DNA of 64,000 nt from an uncultured Verrucomicrobiae bacterium (GTDB lineage: Bacteria > Verrucomicrobiota > Verrucomicrobiia > Limisphaerales > UBA1096): contig CALJHX010000003.1 in NCBI GenBank assembly GCA_937770485.1, forward strand, positions 60,415 through 124,414, read 5' to 3'. This document shows, piece after piece, positions 18,305 through 28,222 of this stretch. The position numbers were made by a program, and so were the translations under genes. Each line of letters begins with the position of its first letter. The stretch's first letter is position 1. The notes under the pieces are model-generated. The model was not told the DNA's origin. It made no database searches and saw only the letters and a program-made list of their open reading frames with translations.

Positions 18305-18386
18305 ATTTATCCAAACTGGGTCAAAACTTTTGTTAGTCTGGACGGCTTAATTATTTGCTCAATGTTGTTGCGTAAGTCAATCCTAG
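18305..18386 (+). repeat. Copy B of the ~80-nt intergenic element
   Basis: ATTTATCCAAA..GTTAGTCTGGACGGCTTAATTATTTGCTCAATGTTGTTGCGTAAGTCAATCCTAG, in a divergent intergenic region. Confidence 0.6.
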
Positions 18387-18515
18387 GACGCTGTGAGGGG
18401 ATAGCTCGGTCCATGGCCCTGTATTGGCCTTTGAGCCTCTTCTTCAACAAATTTGGACCTTGAAACTCTTTTGGTGCTTGTCTGAGTTAGGCTCATTGCA
18501 TCACATTTCTGTGCG

Positions 18516-20801
18516 TTGAAATTTTTAATTGAAACACTTGCTGTATGCTGTGTTATTTGTGTGGATTTGGTTTATGCAGATTCTCAGCACTTTGAGTTTT
18601 TTGAAAACAAAGTGCGACCTGTTTTGGCGGATAATTGCTATGAATGCCACAGCGGACTGAATGAGAGACATAGGAGCGGACTCCGTTTGGACAGCCGGGA
18701 CGCAATTTTGAAAGGGGGCGAACACGGGCCAGCCATCATTCTTGGAAACCCGGACGATAGTCGAATGATTCGTTACGTCCGGCACCAGGGCAAGAAGATG
18801 CCGGCAATGGGTAAACCTAAGTTGAGCGACCCGGAGATTGCGGCTTTGGCGAAGTGGGTTGAGTTGGGGGCTCCTTGGCCCAGGGCAACGGTCGTGCCAA
18901 CGACGGATAATTACGATTGGCCAAAGGCTCGCGAACATTGGGCATGGCGACCGGTGAAAAAAGTGATCCCTCCGAATGTGCCGGGTGCGCGGGTACGGAA
19001 TCCAATCGACCAATTCGTTGCTGAAGGTTTACGCGAAGCCGGCTTCATGCAGCCGCCGGAAGCCAAGGCGTCTATATTCGTTCGCCGCGTATTTTTGGAT
19101 TTAATGGGACTGCCGCCCACGCCTGATGAGTTGCGCTACTGGACTCAGCGGTTGGGGGGCGACTCCGAGGATGAGCTAAACGATCAGGCTGTGTCTGTAT
19201 TGGTGGATTCGCTGCTCAACCGTCCCCAGTACGGCGAACGCTGGGGGCGTCATTGGCTGGACGTGGCGCGGTATAGTGATGCGGGGGGCTGGACGCAGGA
19301 TAATCGGTCGCATCCCAAGGCGTGGCAGTATCGCGACTGGGTGGTTCGCGCGTTCAATGCAGATCTACCGTTCGACGAGTTCGTTCGAAGCCAGATCATA
19401 GGCGACAAGATGGGGCGCGAGGCAGCGGCCGGTACCGGTTTTTTTGCGCTGGGCCCCACATATTCTTCGGACGGCGGCGACCCGGAGAGCATCGCGCAGG
19501 CAAAGAGTGAAACACTCGACGATCGCGTGGACACTTTTTCGCGTGCGTTTCTCGGGCTGACAGTGGCGTGTGCTCGCTGCCACGATCACAAGTTTGATCC
19601 GATCCCGACTGAGGATTACTACTCGATTGCCGGCGTATTCAAAAATACGCGCGAAGGCGAAACACCGTTGGCTAAGGAGAAGGTTATCAACGCCTACCAC
19701 AACGCCCGAAAACCCATCGATGCCCTGCACGATAAAATCGGAAAATCCAAGAAGCAGCCCCAGTCGGACGAGATCAAGAAACAGATCGCCAACTGGCAAA
19801 TTGAGCTCAAGGAGCTGGAGGCAAAGGCACCGCTGAAATTTGAGTTTGCCCATACACTGCGGGACGCTGGCAGCGAGGATATGAAAGTGGCGCTACGCGG
19901 CAATTCGATGAAGCCGGGCAAGGTGGCGCCGCGCCGGTTTTTGCGCATTGTCGCCGGCAAAGACCGCAAGCATTTTAATCAGGGCAGCGGGCGTGAACAA
20001 TTGGCTAAGGCAGTGGTCGATCCGACCAATCCGCTGACGGCACGAGTTTTTGTGAACCGTGTGTGGCAGCATCACCTTGGTGAAGGGTTGGTGCGTTCGC
20101 CGGATAATTTCGGCGTACTTGGTCAAGAGCCAACACACCCTGAATTGCTCGATTGGCTGTCTGCGACCTTCGTCGAAAGCGGCTGGTCGACTAAGGCGTT
20201 GCATCGACTGATTCTTACCTCCGCGACCTATCGTGGCAGCAGCGCATTTGACGAAACATCCTTTGCGAGCGACGGGGATAACCGCTCGCTCTGGCGCATG
20301 ACACCACGCCGGATGGACGCGGAAACGTGGCGGGATTCTCTGCTCGCAGTCACTGGCGAACTCGACCTTCAGATAGGTGGCGGGCCGGTGCAGGATATCG
20401 TCGCCAGCAACCGCCGCACACTTTACGCAAAGGTCAGCCGTAACGCGCCCTTGGCCTCGGATAAATTTCTTCGCCTGTTCGATTTTCCAATCCCGCGGGC
20501 CAGCGCAGCCAAGCGCACGGCTAACGTCATTCCTCAACAGTTTTTGTTCATGATGAACAGCCGGTTTATGCTCGACCGTGCCAGTGCATTGTCCAAGCGT
20601 TTGGAGAGAGAGTCCGACGATATGGCAACCCGCATTGCACGTGCCTACTCTCTGCTCTATGGTCGGGCCCCTACCGACCGCGAACAGCGCCTAGCCAAAG
20701 GATTCTTGAAGGGTTCGCAGCCGGTCGCCAGCGGACTGACCCGCTGGCAGCAGTATTGTCAGGCCTTGCTCAGCGCAAACGAGTTCATGTATATTCGATA
20801 A
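18516..20801 (+). CDS. PSCyt1/PSCyt2 (DUF1549)/PSD1 (DUF1553) domain protein
   Basis: 761 aa, TTG start, signal peptide. The N-terminal box is CYECHS. Architecture is DUF1549/DUF1553-type. It is followed, as is typical, by a DUF1501 gene. Confidence 0.8.
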   Translation: MKFLIETLAVCCVICVDLVYADSQHFEFFENKVRPVLADNCYECHSGLNERHRSGLRLDSRDAILKGGEHGPAIILGNPDDSRMIRYVRHQGKKMPAMGKPKLSDPEIAALAKWVELGAPWPRATVVPTTDNYDWPKAREHWAWRPVKKVIPPNVPGARVRNPIDQFVAEGLREAGFMQPPEAKASIFVRRVFLDLMGLPPTPDELRYWTQRLGGDSEDELNDQAVSVLVDSLLNRPQYGERWGRHWLDVARYSDAGGWTQDNRSHPKAWQYRDWVVRAFNADLPFDEFVRSQIIGDKMGREAAAGTGFFALGPTYSSDGGDPESIAQAKSETLDDRVDTFSRAFLGLTVACARCHDHKFDPIPTEDYYSIAGVFKNTREGETPLAKEKVINAYHNARKPIDALHDKIGKSKKQPQSDEIKKQIANWQIELKELEAKAPLKFEFAHTLRDAGSEDMKVALRGNSMKPGKVAPRRFLRIVAGKDRKHFNQGSGREQLAKAVVDPTNPLTARVFVNRVWQHHLGEGLVRSPDNFGVLGQEPTHPELLDWLSATFVESGWSTKALHRLILTSATYRGSSAFDETSFASDGDNRSLWRMTPRRMDAETWRDSLLAVTGELDLQIGGGPVQDIVASNRRTLYAKVSRNAPLASDKFLRLFDFPIPRASAAKRTANVIPQQFLFMMNSRFMLDRASALSKRLERESDDMATRIARAYSLLYGRAPTDREQRLAKGFLKGSQPVASGLTRWQQYCQALLSANEFMYIR

Positions 20802-20814
20802 ACCGTTCCAAACA

Positions 20815-22230
20815 ATGCAACTCCACAGAAATCCACTCCCGCCGATTTCCCGACGTGACGCCTTGCACCGGATCGGTGCGGGGCTTGGGAGCGTCGGCCT
20901 CGCCGGGATGTTAAGCCAAAGTGCCAGCGCTGGACAGGCTTCGCCACTAGCCCCCAAGGCGCCTCACTTTGCACCCAAGGCCAAGCATGTGATTCAGCTA
21001 TTCATGCCAGGCGGGCCGTCGCAAGTGGATACATTTGATTACAAACCGAAGATCGCCGAGTTCGCCGGTAAACGACCGAAGATTGTCGATCGAAAGTCGC
21101 TCCGGAACACCAAAAACGGCTTGTTCCCGTCGCCCTTCGGTTTCAATCAATATGGGCAAACAGGCAAATGGGTGAGCGATATTTTTCCTCACACAGCGAA
21201 GTGCTCCGATGACATTTGTTTCATCCACTCAATGCATACGGACATTCCCGAGCATGCGGGCGCGATGATGATGTTTAATCTAGGCCACCTGCAGCCCAGT
21301 CGGCCCAGCCTCGGCTCGTGGTTATGCTATGGTCTCGGCACGGAGAATCAGGAACTGCCCGGTCTTGTTGCCATGAGCCCGCGCGCTAAACCTCGAGGCA
21401 AAGCGGCGCACTGGGGCAACTCGTTTTTGCCAGGAGCCTATGCCGGTGTGTACGCGAATATCGCCGAGATGAAGCCAGACAGCGTTTTGCGTGACCTGAA
21501 AAATCCGCATCTATCCAGGACCGAACAACGTCAACAGGCCAACCTACTCGCTCAGCTCAATAAGTTTGATCTCGAGCGCCAGCAGCAGGATCAGAAACTG
21601 GAGTCAAGCATTCAGGCGATGGAGATGGCCTTCCGCATGCAGTTCGCCGTCCCGGAGGTTTTTGATACGGCCAAGGAAAGCAAACCTACACTTGATCTCT
21701 ACGGCAAAAGCGAATTCGCCAAAGGCTGCCTAATCGCTCGTCGCCTTGTTGAACGAGGCGTGCGCATGGTGCAACTCTCGCACTCCATTAGCGGCTACGA
21801 CATCGCGTGGGACACCGGGCATGGCGATATCAAGGGTGGCCATGCCCATCTCGCCCGCGAATGCGACCAGGGCATCGCAGGTTTGATTCAGGATTTAAAA
21901 CTCCGCGGTTTACTCGATGAAACACTGGTCATCTGGGGTGGCGAGTTCGGTCGTGCTCCGACTTCCGAGGGTCAGAAAGGCCGCGACCATGACCACTACG
22001 GATTCACCGTCTGGATGGCGGGCGGTGGTGTGAAACCCGGCTTCACCTACGGGTCCACAGACGAGTTCGGCTGTTCCGCCGCCGAGAATCCCGTGCACGT
22101 ACACGACCTGCACGCCACCATCCTGCACCTCATGGGGCTAAACCACGAAAAGCTCACGTACCGCTACAGCGGTCGTGACTTCCGCCTGACGGACGTCCAC
22201 GGAAAAGTCGTACACGAAATCATTGCCTGA
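20815..22230 (+). CDS. DUF1501 domain protein (sulfatase-like fold) with a Tat-type signal
   Basis: 471 aa. SRRDALHRIGAGLGSVGLAGML; ..FMPGGPSQVDTFDYKP..; C-terminal WGGEFGR.P...GRDHH. This is the canonical partner of DUF1553 proteins. Confidence 0.85.
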   Translation: MQLHRNPLPPISRRDALHRIGAGLGSVGLAGMLSQSASAGQASPLAPKAPHFAPKAKHVIQLFMPGGPSQVDTFDYKPKIAEFAGKRPKIVDRKSLRNTKNGLFPSPFGFNQYGQTGKWVSDIFPHTAKCSDDICFIHSMHTDIPEHAGAMMMFNLGHLQPSRPSLGSWLCYGLGTENQELPGLVAMSPRAKPRGKAAHWGNSFLPGAYAGVYANIAEMKPDSVLRDLKNPHLSRTEQRQQANLLAQLNKFDLERQQQDQKLESSIQAMEMAFRMQFAVPEVFDTAKESKPTLDLYGKSEFAKGCLIARRLVERGVRMVQLSHSISGYDIAWDTGHGDIKGGHAHLARECDQGIAGLIQDLKLRGLLDETLVIWGGEFGRAPTSEGQKGRDHDHYGFTVWMAGGGVKPGFTYGSTDEFGCSAAENPVHVHDLHATILHLMGLNHEKLTYRYSGRDFRLTDVHGKVVHEIIA

Positions 22231-22369
22231 ACCGCAAAGAATGGAGTCGGGCAGGCTATTGTGATTCGCATCGACCGGCACCTGGCTGTTCAGCTTGCAG
22301 TGATTGAAAATCCAAGATTTCCCTAATTTCTTATGTCAGCATCGTTATCACGAATGCCGGCTGAAGACC

Positions 22370-23710
22370 TCAAACCATCTCCTTGACGGAATAAGGGTTC
22401 ATGTTCTGGCGCTTGGCCAAGCGGTTTGCTGGGTCGCTGTCGATGAACCGCTCCGATCTGGCGTCGTAACGCAGCTTTTGGTTGCCGACCCGGTGCGCGA
22501 TATTACCCATATGCATCACAGAAGTTGTCACCTGCGCGAGCCCAACGTCCGCGTTGGGCAACTCGCGCGAGCGGATACAGTCGACAAAATTCTGCTGATG
22601 CTCCGGGTCCGGATGTCGGCCATACTGCTGCCCCGCTACCCTGCCGTTTGAGGCGAACACCTGCCAACCGCCGCCGTGTCGCCCGAGCATCATCATGTCC
22701 TTAGTGCCGTAAAACTCGATGCGAGTTGCGCACTGTGGCCAGTGCGGAAACTTGTCACTCGAACGGATGCTGCCGTTAATCTTGCTCATTGCACCGGCGA
22801 AATGCGAATGCTCTAAGGTCATAACAAAACCGGGATAGTCATACTGCAGAATCTCCACATCCGGCACCTCGGCGTCGTCACCCCGGTGCTGGATACGACC
22901 GCCCGAGGCGGACACCGCAGCCGGTGCGGCGGGATCGCCCATCACCATCAGCGCAAGGTCGAGTTGGTGAATGCCGCAGTCAGCCAAATCACCTCCGGAG
23001 TAGTCCCAGAAATAATGCCAACCAGCGTGAAAGATGCGGCTGTGATAAGGCCGCGCCTTTGCCGGTCCCAGCCAGGTTTTCCAGGAAAAGCCTTTCGGTG
23101 GACTACCGCTTGCCCCGAGATGAAACGGCCCGCCGCCCTTGAGATTGAATACCTTGACCAGGCGCACATCGCCGAGTCTGCCGGATCGGATGTACTCCCG
23201 TGCCGCTTGGTTGTATGGGGCACTGCGATTCTGTGTGCCAACCTGCACGATGCGCTTGTACTTCCGCGCCGCCTCCACGAGCTTGCGACCCTCCCAAATG
23301 TTGTGGCTGAATGGTTTCTCGACGTAGACATCCTTTCCCGCCTGACAGGCGAGGATGGCAGCCGGCGTATGCCAATGATCCGGCGTAGCCAACACCACGG
23401 CATCGACGTCTTTATTGGCAAAAACCTCCTCCATTCGCCGGGCCAGCAATGGCTTCCGGCCGCTCTGCTGTTCCGCCATGTGGTCGGCAATCCGGACTAG
23501 GCGCTCCTCGTGGATGTCGCACACCTGCGAGCACTCGACATCACTACGCCGGGCCATGCTCGCGGTGACCTGCGTGCCCCGGCCGCCGCATCCAATCAGT
23601 GCCACCTGTACTCTTTCGTTGGCCCCCCGCACTTGGCCAAGCGCCGGGAAACCCAACGCGGAGGCGGCCAATCCACTTTTCAAGAACGTTCTGCGTTTGA
23701 TGGGGTTCAT
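22370..23710 (-). CDS. Gfo/Idh/MocA family oxidoreductase with a Tat signal
   Basis: 446 aa. MNPIKRRTFLKSGLAASALG; Rossmann motif VALIGCGGRG. Confidence 0.85.
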   Translation of the reverse strand: MNPIKRRTFLKSGLAASALGFPALGQVRGANERVQVALIGCGGRGTQVTASMARRSDVECSQVCDIHEERLVRIADHMAEQQSGRKPLLARRMEEVFANKDVDAVVLATPDHWHTPAAILACQAGKDVYVEKPFSHNIWEGRKLVEAARKYKRIVQVGTQNRSAPYNQAAREYIRSGRLGDVRLVKVFNLKGGGPFHLGASGSPPKGFSWKTWLGPAKARPYHSRIFHAGWHYFWDYSGGDLADCGIHQLDLALMVMGDPAAPAAVSASGGRIQHRGDDAEVPDVEILQYDYPGFVMTLEHSHFAGAMSKINGSIRSSDKFPHWPQCATRIEFYGTKDMMMLGRHGGGWQVFASNGRVAGQQYGRHPDPEHQQNFVDCIRSRELPNADVGLAQVTTSVMHMGNIAHRVGNQKLRYDARSERFIDSDPANRLAKRQNMNPYSVKEMV

Positions 23711-23928
23711 ATGAACGGAAGTTTAGCAAGCCAGTCTTTGAACCACACGACTTTATTGATTGCCCATCTTGGCCAAGTGAGGTGAAGCTTCGCTCACGTG
23801 GTGTTCGGATTTCCGGCAACCGTCGGAAGGCAAAGATTCCCAAAGGTTTGTTTTCTTCAACATGGATGGAGATCCTCAGATAGTATTCACCCATCTGTCT
23901 TAAACTCACTGTTGAAGATCAGCTAGAG

Positions 23929-24189
23929 TTGCATGGAAAGCCCTTGTTTTTTTTCAATCAGAAAACGTTCGAAGGCTGCCGTGGGCTGGAGATTAACGCC
24001 GAGATTCGGGTGTCCGTTGCAGCTCAGGCAAGCGTGTTATTGCTACACCGCGAACCGGCCTTCTATTCGACGCTGCGTACTATCCTTGTTTATCCCTGCT
24101 CGCACCTCGCAAAAACAGCACTTACGATGAGAAAAGCTATGTGCATCGACTGGAGGACTGTTGCCTGTATGCAACGGCTCATACAATGA
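23929..24189 (+). pseudogene. N-terminal fragment of an MtfA/M90-like zinc peptidase (truncated, no HExxH region)
   Basis: ..KTFEGCRGLEINAEIRVSVAAQASVLLLHREPAFYSTLRTILVYP.. resembles the conserved N-terminal half of MtfA-family proteins. The ORF stops after 86 aa and I found no continuation in other frames. Confidence 0.35.
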
Positions 24190-24361
24190 CTGCAAGTCTG
24201 GTGAGCAGCGCTTGGACTAAACGCACAAAAAAACTGAGAAGGATTCAGAGGGAGGTCGTGTTACACCTCGCCATGGGCGAATGATCGTACTGCGTCATAC
24301 CTACTGCTAGCACCTTGCCCGGGTTGATGGTTTTGACGGAAATAATAAGATTCTTTCAAAT

Positions 24362-25636
24362 TCAGGCTATCCTATTTGATTTGAAGCTTTTATTTTTTTT
24401 GGGCTCATCAACGTCGAGATTTAACTCAACTATTTTTGAGAATTCTTCTAAATACGGTTTCATTGAACTGATTAAATCTACCGTTGGATGCCCTTTTAGT
24501 ACCATGCCGTCCAAATACATAAGTGAACGGATTATTGGAAATGATTCTTCACCAAATTCGCAGCCAGCTAACACTGCAGTTTTGACAGTCTTCATCATTT
24601 GTTGGGTCAGTGAAATTTCACTTACGCTTTTCCCACTGAATCCGTTATAAAGTTTATGCATGGCTTCAAAGTACTCTTTTTTTGTTTGCTCATCCGGTTC
24701 TTTTTTTGCCATACCTAGAAGAGAGCTGTAGGCGTCTTCCAATTTTCCGTTTGCCAAGAAATAAAAGAACCGGAACAAGCTTTCTCTTACATTCTTTGGA
24801 GACTCACAAATTGCTCCATTATCAATAAAAGTAAACGTGCCATTTTTGTCGAGCATGGAGTTTCCAGGGTGAAGGTCTCCGTGAAATCTTCCCAATCCAA
24901 ACATAAACGCCCCGTGTATACGGAATAGTTCCAGCATATCTTTCCACAAAAAAGTTTTTTGTTCCAAATGTGTCTGGATGGTAGGTGCGTGTATTCTCTC
25001 CATCACCAAAACATTCGCATTGGATAGTTCTGGGTACATCTTAGGGAAATTCAGCTTGGATATGACAAAGCCACTGTCATTCAAAATCTTGAGGGATTTT
25101 TCAAGAAAAGCGCAACCCTTGATTTCGTTTCGTAAATCGAGCTCTCTCATTGTGTAATCCTCAATGTGATCGAGAAGGCCCATTGGATTGCCGACCCTTC
25201 GTAGAGGAGGATAAAGTAATAGCCCAATTTTAATCCATCTCCTCATTCTCCTTAAGTCCCTTTGGAATGTTTTTAAGTAGTCAGTCTTAATTATTTTGAT
25301 TACGACCTTATCGCCATTCTTTAGTTGACCTGCATGAACCTGGCCAATGCTAGCGCTGGCTATCGGGTGCATATCCAGTGATGTGAAATTTTCTTGAAAC
25401 CCTTTTGGAGAGACTTTTTCGAGCAGGTTTTGTGTGTCCTCCGGGGGTAAATGCACTCCATCTTGATAAAGTTTTTGAAGTTGGACGCATTTTTCAGTAG
25501 GAAGAATGTCAGGCCTTAAGGCTAGTAGTTGACAAAGTTTAACTGTCAACAGGCCCATGTCTTGTATGCGCTCTATATCGACTGGAGCGGTTCGAAAAAA
25601 ACTACGAACCAGTAAAATGAAACTAAATAAATTCAT
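24362..25636 (-). CDS. ABC1/UbiB-family atypical protein kinase
   Basis: 424 aa. ..LGLLTVKLCQLLALRPDILP.., ASASIGQVHAGQLKNGDKVVIKI, HGDLHPGN. The gene and its flanks are visibly AT-rich compared with neighbouring genes. Confidence 0.8.
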   Translation of the reverse strand: MNLFSFILLVRSFFRTAPVDIERIQDMGLLTVKLCQLLALRPDILPTEKCVQLQKLYQDGVHLPPEDTQNLLEKVSPKGFQENFTSLDMHPIASASIGQVHAGQLKNGDKVVIKIIKTDYLKTFQRDLRRMRRWIKIGLLLYPPLRRVGNPMGLLDHIEDYTMRELDLRNEIKGCAFLEKSLKILNDSGFVISKLNFPKMYPELSNANVLVMERIHAPTIQTHLEQKTFLWKDMLELFRIHGAFMFGLGRFHGDLHPGNSMLDKNGTFTFIDNGAICESPKNVRESLFRFFYFLANGKLEDAYSSLLGMAKKEPDEQTKKEYFEAMHKLYNGFSGKSVSEISLTQQMMKTVKTAVLAGCEFGEESFPIIRSLMYLDGMVLKGHPTVDLISSMKPYLEEFSKIVELNLDVDEPKKNKSFKSNRIA

Positions 25637-26187
25637 CAGATCGAACTAACATTACAAGAAGATTGACTCATATCAGATTCCTAAACTAGCAATTTAATTT
25701 TTAAATTCAAACTTTATCAAGATTCAACAATTGTGATGATATTATGAATAATGTTAAAAAAGTTAGTTATGGAGAACTTATCTGCCGCATAAGAATCACA
25801 TTTGGCATTATTTTTTTTTGATTTTTCATTGTGCGCCAGTGGTTTTTGTCAGAGCTCGGGACTGATACATGCTAGGCCTAAAGTAAAATGCGAATTCGTT
25901 GTTGCCTCAGAAGACGTTAGCGATACTTTCACCGGTGACGAAGCGGCCAAGTAGTTTTCCATTTGGCGGCACCACTGTCCTGAAGTGCCTCTCGAGGGGA
26001 ACTGCAAGAGCCTCTGCTCTCCGCATCCGCATCTCTGAAACCCTCAAATGGCTTGCCTACCACTTCAAAAGAGAGGCAGGACTAATGGAGCCCTTCGCCC
26101 CCTCAAGCACCAGCTTAGCCTTGACTCCCGGCGCTGGCCTGCACCTGCACATCAAAAGGCCCCAGCCTACCGCCCCCGTCCCGCACC

Positions 26188-26284
26188 TTGACCCCGTGCT
26201 TCGCGCCCGACTAGTATAGGCCATGCACCGACCTTACCTGAAGCCCATCAATCTGGCCAAAACCGAGGCAGCTCGCAAAACGCT
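26188..26284 (+). promoter_or_regulatory. Sigma70-like promoter (TTGACC-N18-TAGTAT) plus leader, copy B
   Basis: -35 at 26188-26193 and -10 at 26212-26217. Aligns with the minus-strand copy at 15152-15260. Confidence 0.5.
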
Positions 26285-28222
26285 ATGAATCATCTACTAC
26301 TCAAAACAATCACAGCCTTTCTCATGGTGGAGATGAACATGTTTATTCCTGGCTCCGCCTGGGCCGTTGAGGATGGCTTGGTTTTCGATGCAAAGCTTGG
26401 ACACTACAAAGATCTTTCTTATGAAGCCTTGTCAGACAAGGGGTTACCTTGGAAGGAGCGCACACAGTTGTTTGGAGGTGAGACGCTTCATTACGGTGGT
26501 TTAACGGGGATGCAGCGCTTGGCCAAACGGAGGGAACTCGAAGTGCTACTGGCTACAATCAAGATGCGCGAAACGAGCAACTGGGCTGATCCGAAGTTGG
26601 CCGAGCGCGTTGAAACAGAAATTCACACTTGGCTTTATGCACAAATCCAAAATATGCCCGAGAAGTATGCTGAAACTAATGTTTACCCACTTAGAACCGG
26701 TGCGGTTGGATTCTTTCGCGCTTACGAAATTTTCGGAGATAAAAAATATCTCGAAGCTGGGTTGAATCGTACGGATGTAATTTTAAAAGCGCAGTGGCCG
26801 AAAGGGCATTGGCCGTGGGGGACAAGGCTTGGGGAAAACTTCGTGCGAATTCAGGATGGTTTCAACAACGAGCCGTTTTGGATCATGCTCTATGCCTACA
26901 AGTTGAGTGGTGATAAAAAGTATTTCGAATCTGCGAGGCGTTGCGCAGATGTGCTGCTTTCGTTGCAGCGCAGAAATGGCGGTTGGCCGGATCAATGGTC
27001 TTTTAACGGTAGTTCATCAGGGCATTCTGGCGTTATGCGAGGTGTGTCATTTAATGACAACGCCACGAATTCCTGCGTGCAAATGATGGTCGCCATGTAT
27101 CATATGACAGCCGACAAGAAGTATATTGCCAGATTATCTGAGCTGGGCAGATTTGTTGCCAAATCTAAAATAGGTGAAGGAATACTTGTTGGCTGGTGTG
27201 AGCAATACAATGACGACGGGAGACCGGTACGGGCTCGTCAATACGAGATCGAATTGCCTTATCCACGTGCTTTGACGCGTGGTGTTGGGCCATTGTTAGT
27301 CTGGCTTTATCTGATGGACAACAATGAGGCGCATATGGATTTGTTGAGGAGAGCCTACGCTTGGCATGAACATGTTCGCCAAGAGGAGATTAAACCGCAG
27401 GTTCTTTCACATTGGAGGGCGATGAGCCGAATGTGGTCGCCTTCACATCATTCGATGACACAAAATTATTTGATGGAATATCGGCCGGGCTGGCCGGATG
27501 CTTATTTGCCGGATGGTTCCAATTGGGGACGAGTGCTGAGCTTTCGTTTGATGCCGTGGAACCGAGTCACGCCGGAGCAAACGACAAAATACGACAGCTT
27601 TATCGACCATGGTTGGCCCCCAGTGGAGGAGTTGGCCAGAATGGCAAGTGCAAATCAGGCTCCGCCGCGCGGGTACAATATGTACGTTCATTGTCATTCA
27701 TCGATCGGTAATTCGTTGAGCGAAATCCGTCGAGCACTGCTTGAACACAAACGCGGAGGACGCGAAGGGATGCTCAAGTATTATTCAAACCCAACCAAGT
27801 ACACAGCGGATCAGTATTTGCAGGCGCGTGTCGATTCAGCTAAGCGTGCGCTCGATTTGAGGAATCGCCGTATGGCTTATCCATTTTCTAATTCTCCAGG
27901 CTATACGGGAATGGCTGCAATGAAAGATTTTAGCTTTCTCGGATCCAAAAGCCGTTGGTATGGCAAGACCGGCACAAAATGGGGTGCTGCATTTCAAAAT
28001 GTTTACCCGTCTCCCAGTGTAACTTGGTATCAATGGCAATTTATTTACGACATGAAGTTGGCGCATGGAGAAATTGATTCAGAAGCGGCCGCACGAGGTG
28101 GGCGTGGCTTTGAAACGGTCGCCAGCCAAACTCATTTGGATTCTTGGGACGTACTTGGTGAATGGGGTATGGGAGTTCTGGAAAGGGAGAACCATTTCGA
28201 CGTTCCGTTGGATAAGGACTAG
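26285..28222 (+). CDS. PL10-like pectate lyase (PelA/Pel-15E-type alpha/alpha barrel) with a cassette-derived N-terminus
   Basis: 645 aa. LQRRNGGWPDQW, VSFNDNATNS, GWCEQYNDDGRPVRARQYE resemble Pel-15E/PL10 boxes. The first 33 nt match the ankyrin-cassette start at 29/33. Confidence 0.55.
   Translation: MNHLLLKTITAFLMVEMNMFIPGSAWAVEDGLVFDAKLGHYKDLSYEALSDKGLPWKERTQLFGGETLHYGGLTGMQRLAKRRELEVLLATIKMRETSNWADPKLAERVETEIHTWLYAQIQNMPEKYAETNVYPLRTGAVGFFRAYEIFGDKKYLEAGLNRTDVILKAQWPKGHWPWGTRLGENFVRIQDGFNNEPFWIMLYAYKLSGDKKYFESARRCADVLLSLQRRNGGWPDQWSFNGSSSGHSGVMRGVSFNDNATNSCVQMMVAMYHMTADKKYIARLSELGRFVAKSKIGEGILVGWCEQYNDDGRPVRARQYEIELPYPRALTRGVGPLLVWLYLMDNNEAHMDLLRRAYAWHEHVRQEEIKPQVLSHWRAMSRMWSPSHHSMTQNYLMEYRPGWPDAYLPDGSNWGRVLSFRLMPWNRVTPEQTTKYDSFIDHGWPPVEELARMASANQAPPRGYNMYVHCHSSIGNSLSEIRRALLEHKRGGREGMLKYYSNPTKYTADQYLQARVDSAKRALDLRNRRMAYPFSNSPGYTGMAAMKDFSFLGSKSRWYGKTGTKWGAAFQNVYPSPSVTWYQWQFIYDMKLAHGEIDSEAAARGGRGFETVASQTHLDSWDVLGEWGMGVLERENHFDVPLDKD

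Noticed and set aside
5333-25636. Coq4-like plus UbiB-like genes as evidence for a ubiquinone pathway.
   Set aside because: The two genes are 19 kb apart and not co-oriented, and no prenyltransferase, methyltransferase or hydroxylase genes are visible. I kept only low-interest notes.
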